DNA of 64,000 bases, from NCBI GenBank assembly GCA_965602905.1, contig CBFCZY010000016.1:2280-66279 (forward strand). Reading direction: 5' to 3'. Positions 45,866 to 55,038 of the stretch are shown here, piece after piece. Each line of letters starts with the position of its first letter. Position 1 is the stretch's first letter. This DNA is from an uncultured bacterium. Lineage in GTDB: Bacteria > SAR324 > XYD2-FULL-50-16. The position numbers and the translations under genes were made by a program. The notes under the pieces are model-generated. The model searched no databases. It was not told the origin of the DNA and saw nothing but the letters and a program-made list of their open reading frames with translations.

Positions 45866-46729
45866 CTAGCCAGAAATTAGGCTACGTGACTCTGTCATTT
45901 TCCATAGTGCTTGGGCCGGGGGCGAGGGGTTTTTATCTGTTCGTGCTAAATAAACGGTCATTTCACCGACAGAGCCGCTGGTGGGAATGATCTTGAGTTG
46001 TTCCTGTAAGGGGCTTTTGTCAAAAACCAACTTGGGAACAACGCCTATGCCGCTGCCCATAGCTGTGAGTGCCAGTACGGCCTCATTACCCACTACCTCT
46101 TGAACGGCCACATCCTTAAAATTATGTGTCTCTAGCCAGCCCAAAGCGGCTTCACCGGCAACCCCTTTTTTAGTAAGGATCAAGTTAAATTTCCCTCCTT
46201 TTTTAAGTAGAGGGTCTGCTAGATTTTCTGATCTTACAAAAACGATGTCTGTTTTAGTTAGGGGAATTTTTTCGATTTCCTCTGACTCTTTGAAGCTAGC
46301 GACGACAAGGTCTTTGGTTTTGCATTTTTCATGGGCTAAATACCTGCTTCCCACCTCCAAATCAATTTCAACTTGAGGGTAAGTTGCACGGAAGCTTTTG
46401 AGTAAACTTGGTAAAATGGAGTAGGCCGCTGTTGCCGAGCAAAATAGGCGCAAGGTGCCTGTCATTTTTTGGCTACTAAAGGCCAAATCTGTTTTGATCT
46501 CAGACCATTTAGATAGGCTTTCTTGGGCATAGTCTACAAAACGACTTCCCTCTTTTGTGAGGGCGACAGATTTATTATTACGGTCAAAGAGCGGGCACCC
46601 AAGCTCCTCTTCCATTCGTTGAATGCATCTACTCAAGGTAGAGGGGCTGACAAAAGATTCTTGGGCCGTTTTAGTAAAGCTTAAGTTCTTTGCAAGCTGC
46701 AAAAAGAGTTTCAGTTCATCAATGTTCAT
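45866..46729 (-). CDS. LysR family transcriptional regulator
   Basis: 287 aa. The N-terminal HTH is MNIDELKLFLQLAKNLSFTKTAQESFVSPSTLSRCIQRMEEELG, followed by a LysR substrate-binding domain. Confidence 0.85.
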   Translation of the reverse strand: MNIDELKLFLQLAKNLSFTKTAQESFVSPSTLSRCIQRMEEELGCPLFDRNNKSVALTKEGSRFVDYAQESLSKWSEIKTDLAFSSQKMTGTLRLFCSATAAYSILPSLLKSFRATYPQVEIDLEVGSRYLAHEKCKTKDLVVASFKESEEIEKIPLTKTDIVFVRSENLADPLLKKGGKFNLILTKKGVAGEAALGWLETHNFKDVAVQEVVGNEAVLALTAMGSGIGVVPKLVFDKSPLQEQLKIIPTSGSVGEMTVYLARTDKNPSPPAQALWKMTESRSLISG

Positions 46730-46750
46730 AATCTTTCAAAGTCCTTGAGT

Positions 46751-46767
46751 GTTGCAAAATTTGCAAC
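46751..46767. promoter_or_regulatory. GTTGCA-N5-TGCAAC inverted repeat containing a T-N11-A motif; candidate LysR-type regulator binding site
   Basis: Read directly in the divergent LysR / leuC-like intergenic region, 22 nt upstream of the lysR-family ATG. Confidence 0.4.
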
Positions 46768-46851
46768 GCATTGTTGTTTATATATCATTTTACAAAAGGT
46801 TGTTCCAGCCCTACTTTGATCATAGATTTTAAATTACTTGAGAGAGAGAAA

Positions 46852-48159
46852 ATGAAACCAATGACCATTTCAGAAAAGATCCTTGCTAAAAAAGCGGGCA
46901 AGGACTTTGTAACAGCGGGAGAAACCCACTGGTGTAAAATAGATCGGATCTTTACCCATGACCCCTGTTCCCCTGGCGTTATCGGGATTTTTAATAAAGA
47001 ATTTGGGGCTGAAGCCCCCGTCTTTAGTAAAGAGCGATATGTTATGATCCCTGAGCATTTTGTCTATACTACCGATGACTTGGCAAATAGGAACATTGTG
47101 CAAATGAGAGACTTTGCCACTGCCAAAGGGGTAAAGCATTTTTACGACGTTGGAACAAGCGACTACAAGGGCGTTTGCCATGTGGCAATGGTTGAAGGGG
47201 GCCATGTTCGCCCCTTTGAGCTAATGTTGGGGACCGATTCCCATACGGTAACGGCTGGGGCATTTGGGTGTTTTGCTATTGGGGTGGGGAATACCGATGC
47301 CGCTTACGCACTGGGCACAGGTGAAATTCTGCTCAAAGTACCTCAGTCCATTAAGGTGGAAATAGAGGGGGAACTATCTAAAGGCGTTGGCGCCAAGGAT
47401 ATCATTCTTTATCTCCTAGGCAAGTTAGGTGTAAATGGAGCAACCTACAAGACCTTGGAATTTAGTGGTTCGACCATAGAAAATATGAGCCCTGAAGAAC
47501 GAATGACTTTGTGCAACATGGCAACAGAAGCAGGTGCCAAAAGCGGGATTATGTCGCCCAATCAGGCGGCACTAGACTACTTGAAAGACTTTACCAGCGA
47601 ACCCTTAGATGTTGTGGTTGCTGACCTAGGCGCTACTTACGCCCAAGTCATTAATGTTACGGCTAAAAGCCTAGTGCCCATGGTTGCCAAGCCCTTTTCA
47701 CCAGATAACGCTGCCCCTGTGACAGAGGTTGAAGGCACTAAAGTAACCCGGGTATATTTAGGGTCTTGCACAGGTGGGAAGTTGGCTGATTTTAGGGCCT
47801 TTGCGAGAATCATAAAGGGGAACCGAGTTAAAATACCTACCTTTGCCGTTCCTGCAACCACTAGAGTATCTCAGCAGTTGGTCACCGAAAAGATAGAAGG
47901 TCAGAGTTTATATGAAATTCTACTTGGGGCAGGTGTGAATATCTCCCCCAATGCTGGTTGCGCCGCCTGTTGTGGCGGCCCGAAGGGAACCTTTGGTCGA
48001 GTAGAAGAGCCCATTACCGTTGTTTCTACCACCAATAGAAACTTCCCCGGGAGGATGGGCCATAAAGAGGCACGAGTTTATTTAGCTTCGGCACAAACGG
48101 CAGCAGCGACAGCCTTAACAGGCGTTATTTCAGACCCTAGAAACAGTAGCAAAGGATAA
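46852..48159 (+). CDS. Aconitase-family dehydratase large subunit (3-isopropylmalate / homoaconitate / methylmalate dehydratase, short LeuC type)
   Basis: MKPMTISEKILAKKAG..IDRIFTHD..MLGTDSHT..LGSCTGG..TTNRNFPGRMG includes the three Fe-S cluster Cys regions. ATG 46852 is preferred to the upstream track start at 46771. Confidence 0.8.
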   Translation: MKPMTISEKILAKKAGKDFVTAGETHWCKIDRIFTHDPCSPGVIGIFNKEFGAEAPVFSKERYVMIPEHFVYTTDDLANRNIVQMRDFATAKGVKHFYDVGTSDYKGVCHVAMVEGGHVRPFELMLGTDSHTVTAGAFGCFAIGVGNTDAAYALGTGEILLKVPQSIKVEIEGELSKGVGAKDIILYLLGKLGVNGATYKTLEFSGSTIENMSPEERMTLCNMATEAGAKSGIMSPNQAALDYLKDFTSEPLDVVVADLGATYAQVINVTAKSLVPMVAKPFSPDNAAPVTEVEGTKVTRVYLGSCTGGKLADFRAFARIIKGNRVKIPTFAVPATTRVSQQLVTEKIEGQSLYEILLGAGVNISPNAGCAACCGGPKGTFGRVEEPITVVSTTNRNFPGRMGHKEARVYLASAQTAAATALTGVISDPRNSSKG

Positions 48160-48161
48160 CA

Positions 48162-48695
48162 ATGAAAGTATTAAATGGCTCAGTCTTGGTTTTACCTAAA
48201 AATGTGGATACAGACCAAATATTAACAGCGGAATTTATGAAGATTAACCCTTCTACAGAGGAGGGGCGAAGTCAACTTGGGGCCTTGGCCTTCTGTGGGT
48301 TAGTGGAGGGAAACCAAGATATCATTGACCCTCAAAGTGGAAAGTCTCACTTTGAAATTATATTAGCTGGGGAAAACTTTGGCTGTGGTTCCTCACGTGA
48401 GCATGCACCTGTGGCACTAGGTGCCGCTGGGTTCAAGGTTGTCGTGGCCCAAAGCTTTGCAAGGATCTTTTATAGAAACTGCATCGCAACGGGGGAACTA
48501 CTTCCCTTAGAAGCACCTGAGTTAGATGTTACCGCTTTAAGCAACAAGGATGAAGTGAGCATCGACCTTGAAAAAATGGAGCTTACCTTGCGGAAAGAAA
48601 ATAAATGCTTACAGCTAAACCCGCTGGGCGATGTTAAGGGGATCATCCAAGCTGGCGGACTCTTTGCCTTTGGCCGAAAAGAGGGGCGGATTTAG
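48162..48695 (+). CDS. Aconitase-family dehydratase small subunit (LeuD type)
   Basis: 177 aa. [45 protein letters not shown] is the swivel-domain signature. Confidence 0.8.
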   Translation: MKVLNGSVLVLPKNVDTDQILTAEFMKINPSTEEGRSQLGALAFCGLVEGNQDIIDPQSGKSHFEIILAGENFGCGSSREHAPVALGAAGFKVVVAQSFARIFYRNCIATGELLPLEAPELDVTALSNKDEVSIDLEKMELTLRKENKCLQLNPLGDVKGIIQAGGLFAFGRKEGRI

Positions 48696-48771
48696 GCTCC
48701 ATAGAAAATCCCCTGAATGGGGGGCATGCCCGTAAAAAAGGGCTGCCCTTTCAGGGAAGGCTTTTATGGTT

Positions 48772-49944
48772 TTAGGTGCCGAGAGCCCAATAGGTATGGA
48801 CTAGTTCTTTGAATCCCTTAGCCTGAACAGTGCCCCGAGGCTCACAGGATATTTGATCCTTCACTAGTTCGTAAGTGGATTCCGAAATTAAGATCTGCCC
48901 ATCATTGGAACTGGCCTCTAGGCGAGCGGCCAAGTTCACAGGTGCGCCAACGATGGTATAATCCATACGGTGTTCCGACCCAAAATTCCCTACAACACAG
49001 TCCCCTGTGTTGACCCCAATCCGAATTCCGATACCCATTTCTTTGGCCTTATCTCGCATTTCTAAGGACATTAAAAGGCAGTTTATAGCATCTTCTTTTT
49101 CCCCACGGGACTCAGGGTCACCAAAAAAGATCATCACGCCATCACCAATAAATTTATCAATAGTAGCTCCATGGTTAAGGGCGATTTGAGCCATTTCATT
49201 AAGGTAGCTATTCATCCACAGGGTTAAATCAGGGAGATCCATCGATTCTGAGGTAGCTGTAAAATCCACGATATCAGAGAAAAAGACAGTTAGTTTTTTA
49301 AGGTTGGTTTCGATTTTAACATCCCTTATCCCTTCAAAGATCGAATCATAGATCTGAGGAGAAAGGTATTTTGATAATTTTGAGGCTAAAAGTTCAATTT
49401 GTATTTTCTTCTCTTTGATCACAGCCGATTTTTTATAAATGGTATAACCAACCATCATTAAGAATGAAAAAAGAGAAAGGGCGCAAAGGAAAGAGGTTAA
49501 AAGGTCTGTTTCAGGGATAAACTCAAAACCAGTTGTGACAACAGCAAGGCCCATCCCTAGGGCTAAGGCCAGGGCGCCTTTGGCAAACATCATTAAACCT
49601 GCAGAAATATTATTCATGCAAGCCATTGAAACTAGGGCCGTTGTAATCCACAGGGAAAAGGACATATGGCCAACACAAAAGCCAACACAGAGGGACTCAT
49701 ACAGAAAATTTCTTAATTCTGCCTGCTTAGAGTTGGAGCTATATTTTGCGAGGAGGTAAAAAATATGGGGGCAAAGAAAACAAAAGAGGACTAAAAGAAC
49801 CCAAGAGGTTACTTCCATTTCTCGAAAATATGCCGTTGGGGCCAAGATCACAAAACCAAAGAGATAACCAATAGTACGGTTTTGGTAGGCTAGTTTATAT
49901 AGCGGCCTACGGTAAAACTTGGTTTTAGATGTCGATGGATTCAT
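48772..49944 (-). CDS. Membrane-anchored class III adenylate/guanylate cyclase
   Basis: 390 aa with ~6 N-terminal TM segments, then LTVFFSDIVDFTATSE..KFIGDGVMIFFGDP..IRIGVNTGDCVVGNFGS..YTIVGAPVNLAARLE. Confidence 0.8.
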   Translation of the reverse strand: MNPSTSKTKFYRRPLYKLAYQNRTIGYLFGFVILAPTAYFREMEVTSWVLLVLFCFLCPHIFYLLAKYSSNSKQAELRNFLYESLCVGFCVGHMSFSLWITTALVSMACMNNISAGLMMFAKGALALALGMGLAVVTTGFEFIPETDLLTSFLCALSLFSFLMMVGYTIYKKSAVIKEKKIQIELLASKLSKYLSPQIYDSIFEGIRDVKIETNLKKLTVFFSDIVDFTATSESMDLPDLTLWMNSYLNEMAQIALNHGATIDKFIGDGVMIFFGDPESRGEKEDAINCLLMSLEMRDKAKEMGIGIRIGVNTGDCVVGNFGSEHRMDYTIVGAPVNLAARLEASSNDGQILISESTYELVKDQISCEPRGTVQAKGFKELVHTYWALGT

Positions 49945-50059
49945 GAGGTACTTTTATGTGTAGTTCATTAGTTCATTTTTTATCCGCTAAGCTTGAGTCT
50001 AAGTCAATGTAGTAGCCCCAATAGGGTCACTAATGTTCTTTTGCCTTGAAATATTTACC

Positions 50060-50944
50060 TTAAGCGTTAACGAATTGAATTTTTTTAATCAAATAGTCTT
50101 TTCTTGATCGCCACTCAATGCCTCTCTGATTCCAGAGTAACAGCTTATTGGCATTTTCTGAACCGTAGTTGGCCCTTAGATATAACTGCGAAAAGTAGTC
50201 TTTCGATCTATTACTCAACTGCTTTACCCCCACACTTAGCATCATTAACACCTCCATTAGAATCATGGTCAACCATTCTTGAGGAAAGGAGGAAAGGCTG
50301 TGCATTTGGGGTGCAATCTTATTTTTTAAACAAGCAGCCAGTTGCCTCTTATCCTTATCCGATTCCACTAGTGAAACCGCATGTTTCACATACCTTTGTT
50401 CCCAAGGGTCAATTTGGTGATCGAGCAAGACAGTTGAAACTAAAGTCAGGGCGTAGCGATACCTTTGGCTTGCATCAAATAGTTCTACAGGAACTTTCCC
50501 AACAGGTTTGCTTTTGTGGTCTTGCCCATGAACAAAAAAGCTTCGGCCATGATACCAGGCTAAACCATCGCTGGTCCATTGAGATAAATCTGCCTTGATG
50601 CTCGTTGGGAATTTAAATCTTTCTGCGAGCATCTTGAGTAATTCACGCTCAGGGGCCGCAAGATGGACATCACAAATTAAGATCTCCACGACTTCGATAA
50701 AGATCGCAACTTGGTAGTGAGGATAAAATTCAGGTGGAGGGCCTAGTTTGGGAGGTTGGTGTTTTTGGATCGACTCCAATAACTCGGCTTTTATAGGTGA
50801 ATCTTGGATCAGCTGCATCATCCCTTTCAAGAAAGAAATTTCAGCCTCTTTGATTTTAGAATCGGCCAAGATGGCAACGATGATCAGGCGGACATACCAT
50901 TGTTTTTGTTCTTCGTTAAAAGCACTGACAGGTACTGCAAGCAT
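50060..50944 (-). CDS. Hypothetical protein with two tandem TerB-like domains; paralogue of 23467-24333
   Basis: 294 aa, collinear with the other copy along its whole length. Compare FNEEQKQWYVRLIIVAILADSKIKEAEISFL, FIEVVEILICDVHLAAPE, DGLAWYHGRSF and YRYALTLVSTVLLDHQIDPWEQRYV with the equivalent strings in the 23.5-kb copy. Confidence 0.5.
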   Translation of the reverse strand: MLAVPVSAFNEEQKQWYVRLIIVAILADSKIKEAEISFLKGMMQLIQDSPIKAELLESIQKHQPPKLGPPPEFYPHYQVAIFIEVVEILICDVHLAAPERELLKMLAERFKFPTSIKADLSQWTSDGLAWYHGRSFFVHGQDHKSKPVGKVPVELFDASQRYRYALTLVSTVLLDHQIDPWEQRYVKHAVSLVESDKDKRQLAACLKNKIAPQMHSLSSFPQEWLTMILMEVLMMLSVGVKQLSNRSKDYFSQLYLRANYGSENANKLLLWNQRGIEWRSRKDYLIKKIQFVNA

Positions 50945-51663
50945 GAGTCTATCCTTGGTTTGAGAGCGGTTTTACTCTTTACTCCCTAAATGCTGAGCTG
51001 CTCCATAAGCCAAATCCCAACGAGTTTGATCAAGTGAGCGAGTCTCACTTATGATTTGCAATGTTGGGTCACTCGCCCAGAGCAATGAAAGGGAATGGGT
51101 TACTTTGAAAGGAAAATTATTTCATAAGCTTAGCGAAATTATCTAGGGTGTTTTACCTAGTAGACCATAGAGTCTTTTTTATTGCAATCTTTGTATTGTA
51201 GATTGCCAAAATTTTCAAGGCTACCCACCTCTATATTAGAAGGCTGGGAGTATCAGTTATCATTACCAGATGCCTTTTAAGATCTTCGTGAATTTGAAGG
51301 ATTAGCGGGGCAGGCTTGGCATTTATCTAACCTTTTGCAGGGGGGACTTTCTTACTAAACAGGTTTTTGCGAGGTAATAGATTTGGTCTTCACATGTAAT
51401 TTCTGGAAAAATACCACTTTTAGAAATATTTTGTAATCTACTTACTAAGGTCAACTCCCTATTTTGAAAGGCTTTTTAATCTTGACCAAACCGATCAATT
51501 TATAAAATTTGGTGTTTTATCTTGTTGAAATTTATAAGTAAATGGAAATCCATCTAAAAAAACACCCTAAAAAGGACAAAAAAAGCCTTCACATATTCGA
51601 TTAGTCGTATATGCTAATGTTAAGTTTCTTAACAGACCTTCCAAAATAAAAAATGAGGTTTCA

Positions 51664-53106
51664 ATGACCAATTCTTCTCCCCTTGAGTATGACTACTCTG
51701 TTGCCAAAGGTTTTATCATCTCCGCTCTTGTCTGGGGTGCAGTGGGTATGACTGTAGGTGTCTGGATCGCTTTAGAGTTAGCATTTCCAGTCCTTAACTT
51801 CGATACCCCCTACTTGAGTTTTAACCGACTGCGGCCGCTTCACACTAATGCTGTGATCTTTGGTTTTACCCTGTCTGGTATTTTTGCCAGTTGGTATTAT
51901 ATCTCACAACGAGTGTTGAAAGTTCGCATGGTTTACCCTGGCCTCGCAAAGTTCCATTTAGTATTATACAACTTAATCATTGTCCTTGCTGCAATTACGC
52001 TTTTAATGGGGGTAACCTCTTCTAAAGAGTATGCTGAGTTACAGTGGCCTCTTGATATTCTTGTAGTGGTCATGTGGCTTAGTTGGGGTGCCCATATCTT
52101 TGCCATGGCAGGGGCTAGGAAAGAAAAAACCCTTTATGTTTCTATTTGGTATTACATGGCCTCCTTTTTAGGGGTGGGCATGCTTTATATCTTTAACAAC
52201 TTCGCTATCCCTACAAGGCTTTACTCAGGGGTCGGCAGTGTTATGCATTCGGTTTCTGCTTATTCGGGGACAAACGACGCTAATGTGCAGTGGTGGTATG
52301 GCCACAATGCTGTGGCCTTTGTTTTTACCGTGCCTATCATCGCCATGGCTTACTACTTCCTCCCAAAGCAAGTAAACCAACCTATTTGGAGCTACAAGCT
52401 TTCTCTTTGGAGCTTCTGGGGTTTGATTTTTCTCTACCTTTGGGCTGGCCCACACCATATGTTATACTCAACTATTCCTGATTGGGTGCAAACCTTAGGT
52501 ATGCTCTTTTCCCTCGTGTTAATCATTCCCAGTTGGGGCTCTATGATTAACTTGATGCTCACAGTGAGTGGAAAGTGGGAACAACTGAAAACAGATCCAC
52601 TTTTAAAATTTATGGTGATTGGTTCTACTTTCTATGGTTTTTCAACCTTAGAAGGTTCTGTGCAAGCCATTAAGTCCGTGAATGCTCTGGCGCACTTCGG
52701 TGATTGGATTATTGGGCATGTTCACAATGGTGCACTGGGCTGGGTAGCCTTTATGATCATGGCTGCAATCATGCACATGGTGCCTCGAATTTGGAATACA
52801 GAACTCTATTCCTTGAAGATTGCAAACCAGCAATTTTGGCTGCAAACCATTGGCATTGTCTTTTACTTTTCCAGCATGTGGGTAGCAGGAATAACCCAAG
52901 GTATGATGTGGCGAGCTACAGACCAATGGGGCAACCTAGCCTATAGTTTCTTAGATACAGTTAAGGTCTTGTACCCCTACTGGAGTCTTCGGGCATTCGG
53001 CGGAACTCTGTTCTTAATAGGTTTCTTTATGTTTGCTTACAATATTATTAAAACCATCCAGTTAGCGCCTAAGGCCAGCTTGGATAGTCAACCTGCAACA
53101 GCTTAA
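51664..53106 (+). CDS. ccoN: cbb3-type cytochrome c oxidase subunit I
   Basis: 480 aa with 12+ TM segments and heme-copper His ligands in the typical contexts (RPLHTNAVIFGF, WWYGHNAVAF, GPHHM, HFGDWIIGHVHNGALGW). Confidence 0.9.
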   Translation: MTNSSPLEYDYSVAKGFIISALVWGAVGMTVGVWIALELAFPVLNFDTPYLSFNRLRPLHTNAVIFGFTLSGIFASWYYISQRVLKVRMVYPGLAKFHLVLYNLIIVLAAITLLMGVTSSKEYAELQWPLDILVVVMWLSWGAHIFAMAGARKEKTLYVSIWYYMASFLGVGMLYIFNNFAIPTRLYSGVGSVMHSVSAYSGTNDANVQWWYGHNAVAFVFTVPIIAMAYYFLPKQVNQPIWSYKLSLWSFWGLIFLYLWAGPHHMLYSTIPDWVQTLGMLFSLVLIIPSWGSMINLMLTVSGKWEQLKTDPLLKFMVIGSTFYGFSTLEGSVQAIKSVNALAHFGDWIIGHVHNGALGWVAFMIMAAIMHMVPRIWNTELYSLKIANQQFWLQTIGIVFYFSSMWVAGITQGMMWRATDQWGNLAYSFLDTVKVLYPYWSLRAFGGTLFLIGFFMFAYNIIKTIQLAPKASLDSQPATA

Positions 53107-53117
53107 TAGGTGAAAAA

Positions 53118-53795
53118 ATGTTAAATAAATTTTTCTCATACATCGAACAGCGACCTTTCCACTTTGGCTTGGCTATCTTTTTAGTCATTGTCGTTGGTGG
53201 GGTTGTGGAAATCTTTCCCAGCTTCGTGGAAAACTCCCGACCAAACCAAGGTGAAAAGCCCTATACTGCTTTGCAGTTAGCAGGTAGACAGATTTATATT
53301 CAAGAATCATGTAACGCCTGTCACTCCCAGTTAATCAGGCCTTTTAAGTCGGAAACCGATCGCTATGGCAAATTCTCCACCAGTGGAGAATATGCTTACG
53401 ACCGCCCCTTCCTTTGGGGTTCCAAACGTACTGGGCCAGATCTTTTACGTGTGGGCAACTATAGAACGACCGACTGGCACGAAAATCATTTTCGCAACGC
53501 TGCCTCTGTTTCCCCTGGAACCAATATGCCTAATTTCCCTTGGCTATTTGAATGGAAGGTGGATACCGACACAGTATATGCAGAAATGTACACCATCAAA
53601 GGGGTCTTTAATACTCCCTACGACCAGGAAGGAATGCCCCCACTTGGGAGTCTAGAAGATCTGAAAAAACATATCATGGCTGAAGCTGAGTTGATTGCCG
53701 AAGACATGAAAGGGCAAGACGTAAAGGATGCCATTGCAAAAGGGGATATCCCCCAAGTGGTAGCCTTAATTAGTTACTTAAACAGTTTAAAGTGA
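53118..53795 (+). CDS. ccoO: cbb3-type cytochrome c oxidase subunit II (mono-heme)
   Basis: 225 aa with an N-terminal TM anchor, the CNACHSQ heme site and GPDLLRVGNYRTTDWHENHFRNAASVSPGTNMP. Confidence 0.9.
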   Translation: MLNKFFSYIEQRPFHFGLAIFLVIVVGGVVEIFPSFVENSRPNQGEKPYTALQLAGRQIYIQESCNACHSQLIRPFKSETDRYGKFSTSGEYAYDRPFLWGSKRTGPDLLRVGNYRTTDWHENHFRNAASVSPGTNMPNFPWLFEWKVDTDTVYAEMYTIKGVFNTPYDQEGMPPLGSLEDLKKHIMAEAELIAEDMKGQDVKDAIAKGDIPQVVALISYLNSLK

Positions 53796-53802
53796 GGTTG
53801 TG

Positions 53803-53982
53803 ATGGAAATGGATTGGAGACAGTGGCTTTATGCCGCATTTGTATTTTCCATGCTGGTGAGCATGTTGGGCTTTGCCGCCTACCTGTGGCTTGATAAAGG
53901 CCGAGCCAGCAGAATTGAGCAAGATGGGATGATCCCCTTGCAGGATGAACCCGTTCACCCTCTTCTTAAAACTTCGGAGTAA
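53803..53982 (+). CDS. ccoQ: Small single-TM protein at the CcoQ position of the cbb3 operon
   Basis: 59 aa with one TM (LYAAFVFSMLVSMLGFAAYLW), located between ccoO and ccoP. The assignment is positional. ATG 53803 is preferred to the track's GTG 53800 on RBS spacing. Confidence 0.55.
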   Translation: MEMDWRQWLYAAFVFSMLVSMLGFAAYLWLDKGRASRIEQDGMIPLQDEPVHPLLKTSE

Positions 53983-53985
53983 CCC

Positions 53986-54888
53986 ATGTTTGCTGCAAAT
54001 TTTTCTATTGATAGTGAATCCCAGATCACCTTGATTGCGGCTATCGCAATTGCTGGGGCTGTAGCTTGGCTCTTTTTGTTTATTATGAAAAGAATCAAGA
54101 ACCATAAAGAATTAGAAGGTGAAATTTTAGACCATAAATGGGATGGGATTGGTGAACGTAACAACCCTGCCCCTAAGGTGATGCATGTGATCATGCTTTC
54201 CACCTTTTTGTTTACTGTTTGGTACGCTACCATGGGTTTTCCCTTGGGTTCCTTTTCGCAGATCACCCAGTATAATACTGAGGTGAAAGAATACAAAGAA
54301 ACCTTTGATCAAAATTGGTCAGAGGCCAGTGAAGATGAACTCAGTGCTTTAGGCGAGAGTATTTTTAATTCCAAGTGTGTCGCTTGCCACGGTTATACTG
54401 GTGAAGGCCAAGACGGCAAGGCCGCCAACCTAATTGAGTTTGGATCAGTTAAGCATGTAGTCTATGTGTTAAAAAATGGTTCCCAAGGAATGGGTAAGCT
54501 CACTCCTTCTATGCCTGCCTTCTATATGATGTTAGGTGCTACTCCTGAGGAGAAAGAACAGAACGCCGCTGATGTGGCAGCCTATGTTGTCTCTCTTTCA
54601 AACCGTACACCAAGCGCTGGAAACCCAGAAGCTGGCAAGACAGTCTTTGATACAAACTGTTCGGCCTGCCATGGTTTTGATGGTAAAGGAAACGGCATCG
54701 GTGGTTCTATCCCCAATATGGCTGCAAACCTTACAGAGTACGGTACAGCACCCTATGTTGAAGCCATAATCAGAAATGGTAAAAAAGGTTTGATTGGCGA
54801 AATGCCTGGCTTTGAAGCTGAGGGAACTCTTTCTAACTTACAATACCAAGCCTTGTCCCTTTATGTGGCCAAGGGATTGGTAGAATAA
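53986..54888 (+). CDS. ccoP: cbb3-type cytochrome c oxidase subunit III (di-heme)
   Basis: 300 aa with an N-terminal TM, the FixP_N motif DHKWDGIGERNNPAP and two heme sites, CVACHG and CSACHG. Confidence 0.85.
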   Translation: MFAANFSIDSESQITLIAAIAIAGAVAWLFLFIMKRIKNHKELEGEILDHKWDGIGERNNPAPKVMHVIMLSTFLFTVWYATMGFPLGSFSQITQYNTEVKEYKETFDQNWSEASEDELSALGESIFNSKCVACHGYTGEGQDGKAANLIEFGSVKHVVYVLKNGSQGMGKLTPSMPAFYMMLGATPEEKEQNAADVAAYVVSLSNRTPSAGNPEAGKTVFDTNCSACHGFDGKGNGIGGSIPNMAANLTEYGTAPYVEAIIRNGKKGLIGEMPGFEAEGTLSNLQYQALSLYVAKGLVE

Positions 54889-54901
54889 TCAAGGATACAT
54901 T

Positions 54902-55030
54902 ATGTTTAAATTGCAAGGTCTTGGTGGGTTTGTGCTCCTCGTTGTTGTTTTGGTTTCGCTCTGGGCTGGTCTTGTTACCACCGCTGTGAACAACCAAGCA
55001 GACAACGCCACCAACTATATTGAGAAGTAG
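54902..55030 (+). CDS. Unlisted 42-aa single-TM ORF downstream of ccoP (DUF4006-like)
   Basis: Below the ORF-track size cutoff. Translation: MFKLQGLGGFVLLVVVLVSLWAGLVTTAVNNQADNATNYIEK. It starts 13 nt after the ccoP stop and ends 8 nt before ccoG. It resembles the small protein found after ccoP in Campylobacterota (recollection, not verified). Confidence 0.4.
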   Translation: MFKLQGLGGFVLLVVVLVSLWAGLVTTAVNNQADNATNYIEK

Positions 55031-55038
55031 GCTTTAAA

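Noticed and set aside
51482-51498. FNR/Crp-like half-sites TTGAC-N7-ATCAA upstream of ccoN
   Set aside because: The spacer is 7 nt rather than the 4 nt of the TTGAT-N4-ATCAA consensus. It is therefore not called as an FNR box.
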